The translations under genes and the position numbers were made by a program. DNA of 64,000 bases, taken from the NCBI GenBank assembly GCA_965219495.1, contig OZ244777.1, positions 690,837 through 754,836 of the forward strand, written 5' to 3'. The notes under the pieces were generated by a model that searched no databases, had not been told where the DNA came from, and saw nothing but the letters and a program-made list of their open reading frames with translations. Positions within the stretch are counted from its first letter, which is position 1, and each line of letters starts with the position of its first letter. Source of the DNA: Rhodobacterales bacterium (GTDB taxonomy: Bacteria > Pseudomonadota > Alphaproteobacteria > Rhodobacterales > CAZPXZ01). Positions 1 to 9,778 of the stretch are shown piece by piece.

Positions 1-316
1 GGACCATCAATCAATCCAAGTCCGAAGTAACCGAGCGAACCGTCAAACGTCAGTTTAAGCCGGTTGAGGATGCCCACGCCAAGGGAATGTTTCGCGCCAG
101 GATTTCTCACCGTAACGGTTCCAAATCCTTGCTCCATCGCTTTCCGTATCTGGAGATTTACTTCGCCCGACTCCAGCTTTGCCGCATCGATTTCAATCGA
201 TTTTTCGATGTCCACATCGTAAGCCCACGGATAGCTGAATTTCTCCCCTTCGCTCGGGTCGAAAAAGGTTTCCAGACTGCGTCCGCGCAGCCGTTCCGCA
301 TGTAATCCCATCTCAT
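1..316 (-). CDS. GXGXG-motif glutamate-synthase-family protein (GlxC/MgsB-like), N-terminal part; the gene runs off the left edge
   Basis: Not in the ORF track. Hand translation of the minus strand from ATG 316 gives MRWDYMRNGCADAVWKPFFDPSEGEKFSYPWAYDVDIEKSIEIDAAKLESGEVNLQIRKAMEQGFGTVTVRNPGAKHSLGVGILNRLKLTFDGSLGYFGLGLIDG. This shows the repeated Gly pattern of glutamate synthase domain 3. It starts 18 nt after the stop of the upstream amidotransferase gene. The + ORF 87..305 is its shadow. Confidence 0.75.
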
Positions 317-334
317 GGGAGCGTTGGCTCCCGC

Positions 335-1270
335 TCACGCTTTCCATACCCGCACCTCCTCGTCATACGGATCGCTGGTATCGATCTCGTGCGGCAGGAC
401 CGAACGAATCGCCACCTCCTCGGAGGCCAGCGCGATCAGGTCATCGCTCTCGTAAAGAACCAGTGGCTTTGCGGCCATGGTATCCTTGGCCATGCCGAGT
501 TCGTCTTTGGTCGCCACCAGATAGGTGAACACTCCATCGATCTCTTCCACGGACCTGCTAAGGGATTCCTCCAGGCTGACGCCTTCGGACAGGTTGCGGG
601 CGGTGTAAACGGCAAGAAGTTCGGAATCGCAATTCGATACGAAGCGATGGCCCATGCGTTCCATTTCTCGGCGCATGGACCAGTAATTGGTGATCTGGCC
701 ATTGTGAACAACACAGATATCGCTGTAAGGAAACGCCCAATAGGGATGCGCGGACCGGATGTCGACATCCGACTCCGTCGCCATTCGCGTATGGCCCACC
801 GCATGGGTTCCGGAAAATCCGTTCAGTCCATAGGCGTCGGAGACTTCATTTGCGTCGCCGAGATCCTTGATCAACTCCAAGGCCCTGCCGAAGGACAGGA
901 TTTCCACTTGGTCAAGTTCTTCGAGATAACGAGCAAGCTCCGCCATATCCCCATCAAACTCCAGTACATACCGGCGAGCGTAAGGCGTCGCGACACTCGA
1001 GTCGGAAATAATTGCACCTTGATCCCTAATTCGCTTCTCCACCTCTTGCGCGCGCTCGGCGATCAGGGCCCGAATCACATGCCTTCCGTCGAAGTCTTCG
1101 CGTTCCGCCAGTTTCAGGCGAACTACGTAACTTGAGTCGCAAGGCGCACGGTAAAGCGCAAAGCCCGTTGAATCCGGACCGCGATGCTTCATGGCCTGCA
1201 ACATTGCGGTCATTTCGCGGCCTACCCCGGAAGTGGCGCCTCTGTGAATAACCCCTGCAATTCCGCACAT
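335..1270 (-). CDS. class-II (Ntn) glutamine amidotransferase, GlxB/MgsA-like
   Basis: The ORF 335..1327 contains MCGIAGVIHRG...HRGPDSTG...HTRMATES...HNGQITNY. A class-II GATase needs Cys directly after the initiator Met, so I place the start at ATG 1270 rather than 1327. This also removes the overlap with the upstream gene. Confidence 0.85.
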   Translation of the reverse strand: MCGIAGVIHRGATSGVGREMTAMLQAMKHRGPDSTGFALYRAPCDSSYVVRLKLAEREDFDGRHVIRALIAERAQEVEKRIRDQGAIISDSSVATPYARRYVLEFDGDMAELARYLEELDQVEILSFGRALELIKDLGDANEVSDAYGLNGFSGTHAVGHTRMATESDVDIRSAHPYWAFPYSDICVVHNGQITNYWSMRREMERMGHRFVSNCDSELLAVYTARNLSEGVSLEESLSRSVEEIDGVFTYLVATKDELGMAKDTMAAKPLVLYESDDLIALASEEVAIRSVLPHEIDTSDPYDEEVRVWKA

Positions 1271-1295
1271 GAGTCGGTCCTCCTCTTGCCGCGGC

Positions 1296-2762
1296 TCAGG
1301 GCAGGCAGTCGAGATAGGTCTCGACATCCCACTCGGTCACAGCGTGATTGAATCGTTCCCATTCGTCGCGCTTGTACTCGTCGTACAGGCGATACATTTC
1401 GCCCGGCATCGCGGACCGGATGACCTCATTTTCGGCGAGATGGTCGAGTGCTGCCTCCAGCGTCATTGGAAGCTTACGAACTTGCTTTCCTGCCTCCATG
1501 GCTTCGTAAATGTTCCGCTCTTCCGGCTCGCCCGGATCCAGGTCCCTTCGAATTCCGTCGTCCGCCGCCCGAATGAGCGCAGCCGCGATCAGATAGGGAT
1601 TCACCATCGAATCCACTGCACGGTATTCAAACCGCCCCGGCGCCGAAACGCGAAGGCCGGTGGTCCGGTTCTGGTAGCCCCAGTCCGCGAACACGGGCGC
1701 CCAAAATCCCGTGTCCCAAAGCCGGCGGTAGGAGTTGACCGTCGAGCAGCCAATTGCGGTGAGCGCGTAGAGATTTTCGACAATGCCGCCGATGACCTGC
1801 CGACCGACGTTTCCCGGCATCTGCGGATCATCGCTGTCCGGCAGGAACAGGTTCTCGCCGCCGGTCCGGTAGGTGAATACCTCGTCGGCAGCCGCCTTTT
1901 CTCCACGGGCGAAAGTGCCAACCCGATCTTCCCCTCCCTGCCAGAAGGAAATGTTGTGATGACAACCAGAGGCCGAAACCCCCATGAACGGCTTGGACAT
2001 GAAGCAGGCGATGAGGTCGAATTCCCGGGCGACCTGGGCACAGAGTTGGCGGTAGGTGGTCAGCCTGTCGGCAGTTCGTAGCGAATCGTCAAATACATAG
2101 TTCAGTTCCAGTTGCCCCGGAGCGTCCTCGTGGTCTCCCTGAATCATGTCCAGCCCCATGGCGGTAGCGTACTCGATCACCTTCATGTACACCGGACGTA
2201 GGCTTTCAAACTGGTCGATATGGTAGCAATAGGGGAGGGAGTATCCACCGGCAGGCTTGCCATCCGCATCACGTTTGAGCCACATCATTTCCGGTTCGGC
2301 GCCGTGGCGCATATGCATTCCGTCGTGGTCGGCCTGAAATTGCTCGTGAATTCTCCGCAGATTTCCGCGGCAGTCCGAGGTCAGGAATCCGCCAGGGTTT
2401 TCCCGTTCCTCACGATTGCGAAACAGCGTGCAGAAGAGGCGCGCCACGCGCTTGTCCCAAGGCAATTGGCAAAAGGTCTCGGTTTCCGGAATTCCAACCA
2501 GTTCCGACGCTTCCGGTCCATAACCCATGTAGTCGCCATGCCGATTGACAAACAAATTAACCGTCGCCCCGTAAACCAACTGGAAACCCTTTTCCGCGAT
2601 GCTCTCCCAGTGATGCGCTGGAATTCCCTTGCCGCAAATGCGGCCGGTTACGGAAACAAACTGAAGATACAAGTACTCGATTCCGAGTTCGTCAATCCGT
2701 TCGCGAATTTCTTTTACCGCTTCAGCCCTGCCCGGCGCCTCCACGAATCTCTCAATGTCCAT
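1296..2762 (-). CDS. glutamine synthetase family protein, type III (GlnT-like; GmaS-like function not excluded)
   Basis: The ORF 1296..2867 carries GS motifs (GIEYLYLQFVSVTGR, EPEMMWL, DHEDAPGQLELNY, FMSKPF..SGCHHNIS, NRTTGLRV). The likely start is MDIERF at 2762, preceded by GGAGGGGA. It is the first gene of a GS-GATase-GXGXG operon, as in rhizobial glnT-glxBCD or mgs/gmaS clusters. Confidence 0.8.
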   Translation of the reverse strand: MDIERFVEAPGRAEAVKEIRERIDELGIEYLYLQFVSVTGRICGKGIPAHHWESIAEKGFQLVYGATVNLFVNRHGDYMGYGPEASELVGIPETETFCQLPWDKRVARLFCTLFRNREERENPGGFLTSDCRGNLRRIHEQFQADHDGMHMRHGAEPEMMWLKRDADGKPAGGYSLPYCYHIDQFESLRPVYMKVIEYATAMGLDMIQGDHEDAPGQLELNYVFDDSLRTADRLTTYRQLCAQVAREFDLIACFMSKPFMGVSASGCHHNISFWQGGEDRVGTFARGEKAAADEVFTYRTGGENLFLPDSDDPQMPGNVGRQVIGGIVENLYALTAIGCSTVNSYRRLWDTGFWAPVFADWGYQNRTTGLRVSAPGRFEYRAVDSMVNPYLIAAALIRAADDGIRRDLDPGEPEERNIYEAMEAGKQVRKLPMTLEAALDHLAENEVIRSAMPGEMYRLYDEYKRDEWERFNHAVTEWDVETYLDCLP

Positions 2763-2943
2763 AGCAGCCACTGTCCCCTCCTTCCGCAGGTTTGCAAATG
2801 CTAGAAAGCGCGTGCGCGCCCGCTGATTGCCTCTATTCCCCGTGTACGCAAGTACGGGCGATTTCACCCAGCCTGAAAGGTGATTCTGTTACAGCTTTCT
2901 ACAAACTTCAACCAGACTGCAAGATATGGTATAATTTTGGGCG

Positions 2944-3696
2944 ATGTCCGTTCAGTTCAGCAAATCCGGAAAAGCCGCACTGGGAGGCGCGGTTGCGGCC
3001 CACCGAGGCGAAAGCCGCAGGCTCAGCGCCTCGGACATCGTAATCACGCTTCGCGAGGAAATCGCGTCGCTTCGCTACGTAGAACATGACAGATTGCCTG
3101 CAGAGCGTGAACTCGCGGCACGGTTTGAAGTCGCAAGAGGCACCGTTCGCGCCGCACTCGACCGACTCGCACACGTAGGGCTGGTCGAAAAACGGGGAAA
3201 AAGCGGAACCTATGTTCGGTACTCTCAGCTAACCGAGACCCAGTCTGTTATCCGGTCCACTGGACCCATGCAGCTAATCGACGCCCGCCTTGCGGTAGAA
3301 CCTCATGTCACCCGTCTCGCCGCCCTCCATGCAACCGGCAACGCCATTTACGAACTGGAGCGGGCGCTCCGCAAAGTGGAACGGTGCCGCAGCGAAGAGG
3401 AGGGGTTCTCCGCCGCAGACGAATCGTTTCATCGGGAAGTCGCGGCATGCACGCGCAACGAAATGCTGATCTGGATTTCCAAATGGATCAACCAGGTTCG
3501 CGGACACGGACAATGGACCGAGATGAAGCGTCTGACCCTGGCTCCGGCGGTCATCTCTACTTACAACATGCAGCACCGCACGATCTATGAAGCCATCCGC
3601 GGCCGGGACGCCGACGCGGCGGCGAAGGCTGCGACCGTCCACTTGCTGCGCGCCAGGGACTCGCTGGTCGACGCGGGAGCGCGACAGGCTCCGTAA
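2944..3696 (+). CDS. GntR/FadR-family transcriptional regulator (wHTH + FCD domain)
   Basis: LPAERELAARFEVARGTVRAALDRLAHVGLVEKRGKSGTYV is a GntR HTH. The C-terminal helical FCD-like domain is also present. The gene lies between, and is flanked by, two GS-family genes. Confidence 0.85.
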   Translation: MSVQFSKSGKAALGGAVAAHRGESRRLSASDIVITLREEIASLRYVEHDRLPAERELAARFEVARGTVRAALDRLAHVGLVEKRGKSGTYVRYSQLTETQSVIRSTGPMQLIDARLAVEPHVTRLAALHATGNAIYELERALRKVERCRSEEEGFSAADESFHREVAACTRNEMLIWISKWINQVRGHGQWTEMKRLTLAPAVISTYNMQHRTIYEAIRGRDADAAAKAATVHLLRARDSLVDAGARQAP

Positions 3697-3719
3697 TAAT
3701 TGCGAGCTCTATTTGATCT

Positions 3720-5036
3720 TCAGCAGTCCAGCGTATGTTCGCGCTCCCACTCCGTAAGGCAGCGTGCATACTCGTTCCAGTCGGCGTGCTTGAGCTTCAG
3801 GAACGCGGTGACTGTTTCTTCGCCCAACGACGCCTGGAGAATCCTGTCCGACTCCAGCGCGCGCAGTGCGTCCAACAGGTTGAGCGGCAGTTTCTTTGCG
3901 CCTCGCACCTTGTGTCCCTCTGCATACATATCGATGTCGACTCGGCGTCCCGGACCGGTTTGATTCCGCATTCCATCCAAGCCTGCCGAGAGCACGGCGG
4001 CAGGGAGGAGATACGGATTCGCGGAACCGTCGCCCAGGCGCAGCTCGAAGCGCCCATGATCCGGTACGCGCACCATATGCGTACGGTTGTTGCCACTCCA
4101 GGTGATCGTGTTCGGCGACCAGGTCGCACCCGAAGCGGTTGGGGGAGCGTTCAGCCGCTTGTAGGAATTCACCGTCGGATTCAGGATTGCACAGAGCCCC
4201 GGGGCATGCCTGACGATGCCACCCAGAAAATGGTAGCCGAGCGCCGAAATTCCGAGATCGTCTTTGAGATCAAGGAAGAGGTTCTTTTTACCCGCATTGT
4301 TCCAGAGGCTGATATGGACGTGACATCCGTTGCCGGTCAGATGCGAGAACGGCTTGGGCATGAACGTCGCGCGCAAGCCATGTTTCTCGGCAAGCGCCTT
4401 GACCATGTATTTGAAGAACGCATGACGGTCTGCGGTTATCAGTGCGTCAGCATAATCCCAGTTCATCTCGAACTGGCCGTTGGCGTCTTCATGGTCATTC
4501 TGGTACGGCCCCCAGCCCAGCTCCTGCATCGCATCGCAGATTTCAGAAATCACGTCGTAGCGACGCATTAACGCAGACTGGTCGTAACACGGCTTGGACT
4601 GGATATCCCGCGCATCCGAGAGCGCGGTTCCGTCCTCCGAGATCAGGAAATACTCGCACTCCACCCCATGCTTGAGGCGGTATCCTTCTTTTTCGGCCGC
4701 CGCCACTACCCTGCGAAGCGTATTGCGCGGGGCCTGCGCCACCTCGCTTCCCGACATGTGCAGGTCCGCCGCCAGCCAACCTACTTCGGGCTTCCAAGGC
4801 AACGGGATCAGGCTGTCCGGGTCGGGTACCGCAAACATGTCCGGATGCGCTGGCGTCATATCCAGCCAGGCAGCGAAGCCGGCGAATCCCGCGCCCTCCG
4901 CCTGCATATCCTCGATAGCGCTCGCCGGAACCAGTTTCGCGCGAACCACTCCGAACAGATCGACAAATGAAATCAGGAAATAACGAATTCCAAGACTCTT
5001 TGCCGCTCCCTTGAGAGAATTCCCTGCCTTGGCCAT
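3720..5036 (-). CDS. glutamine synthetase family protein (gamma-glutamyl-amine ligase type, PuuA/GmaS-like)
   Basis: The ORF 3720..5378 carries GS motifs (RYFLISFVDLFG, ECEYFLI, DHEDANGQFEMNW, FMPKPF..TGNGCHVHISLW, NRTHMVRVP). The start is set at MAKAGNS (ATG 5036), preceded by GGGAGGAAG. Confidence 0.8.
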   Translation of the reverse strand: MAKAGNSLKGAAKSLGIRYFLISFVDLFGVVRAKLVPASAIEDMQAEGAGFAGFAAWLDMTPAHPDMFAVPDPDSLIPLPWKPEVGWLAADLHMSGSEVAQAPRNTLRRVVAAAEKEGYRLKHGVECEYFLISEDGTALSDARDIQSKPCYDQSALMRRYDVISEICDAMQELGWGPYQNDHEDANGQFEMNWDYADALITADRHAFFKYMVKALAEKHGLRATFMPKPFSHLTGNGCHVHISLWNNAGKKNLFLDLKDDLGISALGYHFLGGIVRHAPGLCAILNPTVNSYKRLNAPPTASGATWSPNTITWSGNNRTHMVRVPDHGRFELRLGDGSANPYLLPAAVLSAGLDGMRNQTGPGRRVDIDMYAEGHKVRGAKKLPLNLLDALRALESDRILQASLGEETVTAFLKLKHADWNEYARCLTEWEREHTLDC

Positions 5037-5534
5037 TGGTTGCTTCCTCCCTGTCACCTTTGCGGGCACCTGCGCCCGAGCGTCTTGTAGCGGGTCTGCC
5101 CCTGGCAGTGGAGTCCCTGCGCCGGTTCCCGGTGCCGGAGCCTTGCGCAGGAATTTGAATCCGCCACCTGAGGGAATCCTTGTATACCATGCCCGTTGAG
5201 TCCAGAAACAGCCGCCTTCTCGACGAGATTTCCCGTGAGCGGTCTTGCTGCTCGCTTGAGCGCCAGCCCCACGTTGTTCCGCATACAGGAGTGAGGAGCT
5301 GCGGCATTTCCAACTACACGCAATTCTTTTCATCCCGGAATTGTCGCATACATGTTCACGGTTTCGACGTCCCAGCATTTTTGCATCTGTGCCGACGAGC
5401 GAATAGGGAATGCTTCCACAAGACTGAGCACGCCGAATGGACTACTCCGGGAAGTTACACAGACCGACTCCTCCTCGTATGGAACAAATTCCTGTCCGCG
5501 CGCAGCACCGGTTTCCTGCCGGTTGTCAGGCGGG

Positions 5535-6863
5535 CTAGGCAGATTGTTCGGTCGCGTTGAAGCCGAGTTCCCTTGCATGGCGTTTCAGGTGGAGCACCTT
5601 ACGCTTCCGGCGTTCGTTTTCGGCAGTCTGGATGCCGCGTTCGACGAAGGGCTGACCACGTGTCAGCATCAGGTAGGTCAGCTCCGCCATCTCGCGTGCC
5701 GTCGCTTTGATGGCCTTGGGCGTTTCGAGGCGCGCAAGCCGGGCGCGGTGCTTTGCGCCGATGCAGGTCTGGCTTCGCCGCGCATTGACGGCGGCCCTTT
5801 GAAGTGCCTGTCCGACCCGATTGACGGGTGCGAGGCCGTTCGGCCGCAGGCGTTTGTCGCCGCTGATGCGGGTGCCTGGCGGCAGGCCGAGCCAAGAGCA
5901 GAAATGCTGGACGCTCGGAAACGCCGAGAGATCGGCACCGAGTTTCGATTCAATGGAGAGCGCCGATTCGATACCCATGGTCGGGATGGCGGTGAGGTCG
6001 ACCCGCATCAGGCAGGTCAATTTCCGGCGTAAGTTTTCCTCCGGTTTCGCCCTGCGGTCCGTCGCCTCGCCCATATCCCCGTCGCCGAAACCTTCGGGAG
6101 AAAGGCAGGCATCCAGTTGGGCGTGGATGGCCGCTTCGCATTCGGCAATCTGGGCAGCGAAGAAATCGTAGCGCGCCAGTCCCTGCTTCAAGGCAAACAG
6201 ATGCTCGACCCGCCAGGTGCCCTCCAGGTTTCGCCGCTATCGTCGCTTCGATCGACCGCACTCGTGCGTCCCGGAGCCCGGCCAAAACCCGCGAATTCCG
6301 CTCTCCGACGACAATCGCCCGCAATATCCGCTGCCCGGTCTTGCCTATCAGTTCGCTGATCACCGCGTCTGGATGCACATTCGTTTCGGTCAGCGCGATT
6401 TCGATATGCAAGACGCTGCGCGAACGTTCCTCGATCAATCACCGATAATGCCGCACAAGCGAACGGAACGGGAACAACGCGTCCGCCCGGCGGAAGGAGC
6501 CGCACAACAATCCGTCGCTGAGCAACTGCCGAATCCACTGGCAGTCCAACATATCGCTCTTCCGCCCGCTGATCCGTCGGGCCATATTCGGCGAAACCAG
6601 CGGCACCCTAAGTCCCGCCCGCTCCAGAACCTCGTAGGCCGGGATCCATGACACCGATGTCGACTGCGTCGTTACCTGCCGCAGGCCGATAGCCACTTTG
6701 CCATCGCTTCGAAATCCCGGGGGGAGGTACCAAACTTCCGAACCGGATCAGTGTCCCGCGCCGAGTTAACCGCCACGGAATGATGCGACTTCCCTATCTC
6801 GATCCAGGCGCATTTCCAGTGGATCACTCGCAGCCGCTCCGACATTCGCTTCTTCCGCGCCAT
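5535..6863 (-). pseudogene. IS110-family transposase, disrupted (several frameshifts and an in-frame TGA)
   Basis: Four consecutive minus-strand ORF pieces (6672..6863, 6439..6696, 5950..6438, 5535..6191) together read like one IS110/IS1111-type protein: RVIHWKCAWIEIGKSHH...PVRKFGT, WIPAYEVLERAGL...GRKSDMLDCQWIRQL, GKTGQRILRAIVVGERN, LKQGLARYDFFAAQIAECEAAI...PSVQHFCSWLGLPPGTRISGDKR. There is an in-frame TGA at 6436-6438. Confidence 0.8.
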
Positions 6864-7224
6864 GACACCCTGCCAGAGGTCAACCAAATGGTGAAGCGCG
6901 GCAGCGAGGGGCCGCGCAGCAAACTTCAGTTTCCTATGCGGGGTCAAAGGCCGAATGCCCAAGCTACCGGTGTCCAGCGCCGACCGCGGCCCCGGTCAAA
7001 CTGGGAATCAAGAGACCAGACACGCCAATGAAGAAACGACCTCGGGTACACCACCAAAGCAGGTTCGTCTCGGCCGCTACACACGCGCGGAACAATCCAC
7101 ATGTTCAATTCCTGTCAGCGCACCCGCAAGCGGGGGTGAAAACTGGGAAAGAAATCGGCGCCACCCTATGAACCCGTAGGCGGCCGGTTGACGCTGGCGT
7201 GCGCAAGGTCTACCAACAGCATCG

Positions 7225-7300
7225 GGGCGGTTAGCTCAGTCGGTAGAGCACAGTGTTCACATCGCTGGGGTCACTGGTTCGAATCCAGTACCGCCCACCA
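7225..7300 (+). tRNA. tRNA-Val (anticodon CAC)
   Basis: Hand-folded cloverleaf. Acceptor GGGCGGT pairs with ACCGCCC. D arm is GCTC-AGTCGGTA-GAGC. Anticodon arm is CAGTG-TTCACAT-CGCTG. T arm is ACTGG-TTCGAAT-CCAGT. The 3' CCA is encoded. Confidence 0.9.
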
Positions 7301-7756
7301 CCGTCCGCGGGGCAGTTTCGTCCGACCGGTGCGGAAAAACCGGAAGCGCGTCATTGGCTTTCGCTAGCAGCATTTGGACCAGAATGCGCCGAGAATTGAC
7401 GGGAAGGAAGTTCCGGCCTGCAGCTGCCGAAGATCAGTGGCCGGACGCACGTTTGCTGTGCCGAATTTTGCACGTTGCTGAAAAGTTGCATGTATCCCTT
7501 GCATTGGTACGTCCAACGGCACATTCCAAAATTGTAGTCGCGCTGCAATTTGGGAGGCTCTATGCATCTAAACGCCTGCCAACTTGCAAGGAGTGCAAAT
7601 TCGGACCCAGATTCTATTGCAATCATTTTTGGATCATTGCAATTGGCGTCCGCGCACATCCAACCACAGCAATCGACCGACAAGACCTTTCCGGCCCGGC
7701 ATTTCGTGCGTTCTTCCGCATTGCCGACCTTTGGGGACTCTCAGTGTCCGATTCAA

Positions 7757-8573
7757 AAGCGATTTCCCCCTAACCGGCTGCTCCACAAACTCTTACGCGT
7801 CGTCCGAGGCGCCGCACCAGAACCCGAATGGCGGCCCTCAGGACCCACGCCGTGGAGTTCTGGATGGTTCGCTTGAAATCCTTCGCCAGGCGTCGGCAGC
7901 GGTCCAGCCAGGCGAAGGTACTCTCGATCCCCCGACGTCGCGGTAGAACTGCAAAACCCTTGTTTCCCTTGGGCTTGGAAACAATGATCAGGTCGATATC
8001 GAGGCCGCAGTCGTGCAGCGCCTGCTCGAGCTTAGCGCCGCTGTAGCCCCCATCCGCGAACAGCGCCCGCAGCGTCGGGCAGCGTGCCGCCACCTTTTGC
8101 AGCAGGTCCGGTGCCTCACCCCGATCCTAGATACTCGCAGCATGCACGTACGCCGCCAGCGGGTTCCCTTCTGTGTCCACAACAAGGTGGCGTTTGCGCC
8201 TCTTGACTATTTCGCCGGCATTGTACCCGCACGGGTCCCCCGCTTCGGTGGTCTGGGCGCTCTGGCTGTAGATCGCTCCCGTTGTCGGCTCTTCCGCGCG
8301 GCCTGCATCTCGTCGCGCCGGGCACCGGGGAATGCACAAATTTCCTTAAGCAAGTCCCGCTTCGACCACGCGTAGAAGTAGTTCTGAACTGTCGCAAAGG
8401 GTGGAATATCCGTGGGTCGGGCAGGCCACTGGCAGCCCGTGCTGGCTCTGTACAGGATGGCGTTCAAGACTTCCCGAATGTCCGTGCTGCGTGGACGAAC
8501 CCGCGCAGTTGGCGGCGGCAACGACCAATCCGCATCCGTAAAATCAGACTCGTAACGAGCCAAGGGGGCGCTT
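7757..8573 (-). mobile_element. IS5-family (IS427/IS1031-group) insertion sequence, about 0.8 kb
   Basis: Imperfect terminal inverted repeats: AAGCGATTTCCCCCTAACCGGCTGC at 7757 onward, versus the reverse complement of the right end, AAGCGCCCCCTTGGCTCG, ending at 8573. They enclose the two-frame transposase. Confidence 0.75.
7770..8563 (-). pseudogene. IS5/IS427-group transposase with a premature TAG
   Basis: The frame A piece at 8207..8563 reads ILYRASTGCQWP...YFYAWSKRDLL. The frame B piece at 8127..8339 reads SQSAQTTE..GYNAGEIVKRRKRHLVVDTEGNPL. The piece at 7770..8093 reads LFADGGYSG...VLPRRRGIESTFAWLDRCRRLAKDF. The A/B shift may be the programmed frameshift of this group. The TAG at 8127-8129 sits where homologues have Gln (I-Q-D-R), so I call it a nonsense mutation. 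Confidence 0.75.
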
Positions 8574-8831
8574 ATGCAGGCAGCGGAGTAGCTTCATTCC
8601 AGGACATGTGCGTTCTTCATATCATGCCTGACAATTCATGGAAAATACCACATATCGAAGCCACTCGGAAACTTCAGGTCGAACTCTCAGGGTCTTGGCA
8701 AGACCAAAATTGTGCGTGAGTGGGGCTTTGAAGGGAGATCTGTCGGTACTCACGAGCACCCGCACGGTCGATACGCTCTGCTAGGCGCACGCAATCGTGT
8801 TGCCGCCTCTTTCTCACATCTCCTCGCAAGA

Positions 8832-8907
8832 TGGTGGAGCCGAGGGGAGTCGAACCCCTGACCTCTGCATTGCGAACGCAGCGCTCTCCCAACTGAGCTA
8901 CGGCCCC
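8832..8907 (-). tRNA. tRNA-Ala (anticodon CGC)
   Basis: The reverse complement is GGGGCCGTAGCTCAGTTGGGAGAGCGCTGCGTTCGCAATGCAGAGGTCAGGGGTTCGACTCCCCTCGGCTCCACCA. It has the G3:U70 alanine identity pair, the anticodon loop TTCGCAA, and an encoded CCA. Confidence 0.9.
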
Positions 8908-9124
8908 GGAGGCATTTCAAGCGGGGATCGAACCTATAGCCGGCGCGAACTTGGCATCTGCTCCTTGCCGAAAGTCGTTTAGCGCCGGTCTATTGTAATT
9001 GCAACGTCGCGGTGAGAACATACGCGAACCGCGGTTGCGCGCGGTCCGGCGACGCTACGGAAACCGGCGCGGAAAATGCGCCGCGATGGACTGCGCGCGA
9101 CGAACAACACTTGGAGAGACGCGT

Positions 9125-9778
9125 ATGCTGACGCTTGCCGAAGAGCTCGTCCTGCTGGTTCTGGATGATAAGGATGGCACGATGTTGCCGATTCCTCAGC
9201 GTTCATTCGACTTTGCACTTTCGGGCGCAGTGCTGATGGATCTGGCTCTTCGCCGCAAGATCGATACCGACCCAGAGAAGATTTGGATTTGCGATACCCA
9301 TCCTACCGGCGAGCCGTTTCTGGACGCCTATCTGTCTGAGTTGCAAATGGAGGACACGAAGTCCGATAGAATTGGGGAATGGATCGAGTTCTTGGCGCAT
9401 CAGCCAAGCCGGATTCAGGAGGCTGCGTTGGCACGGCTGGTCGCACGGGGTGTTTTGCGCCGGGAAGACCGGCGCTTCTTCTGGGTTTTCGAAACCCGCC
9501 GCTACCCCGTCATCGACGACAAAGAAGAGCGTGAAGTCAAGCTTCGCATCATGAGCGTATTGTTTAGCGAGGAAATTCCGGACCCGCGGGATGTTGCGCT
9601 CATTTGCCTCGTGGATGCATGCCATCTAGTCGAGGAAATTCTCGGCGCCCGGGAGGCGGCCTCTGTCCGGGGACGCATCGCGGTGGTTCGCAAGCTGGAC
9701 CTGATTGGTCAGGTAACCCAGTCCACGGTACGTGAAATTGAGCGTGCGGTCAGTCAGATTCAACCGTTCCTGCATTAG
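9125..9778 (+). CDS. GPP34/GOLPH3-family protein
   Basis: MLTLAEELVLLVLDDKDG...ALSGAVLMDLALRRKI...LARLVARGVL...LRIMSVLF...D.RDVALICLVDAC is the typical bacterial GPP34 pattern. The start is moved to ATG 9125 within the ORF 8999..9778. Confidence 0.65.
   Translation: MLTLAEELVLLVLDDKDGTMLPIPQRSFDFALSGAVLMDLALRRKIDTDPEKIWICDTHPTGEPFLDAYLSELQMEDTKSDRIGEWIEFLAHQPSRIQEAALARLVARGVLRREDRRFFWVFETRRYPVIDDKEEREVKLRIMSVLFSEEIPDPRDVALICLVDACHLVEEILGAREAASVRGRIAVVRKLDLIGQVTQSTVREIERAVSQIQPFLH

Noticed and set aside
87-305. The + strand ORF of 72 aa at the left edge.
   Set aside because: It is antisense to the GXGXG-protein gene, which has a convincing family pattern on the minus strand.
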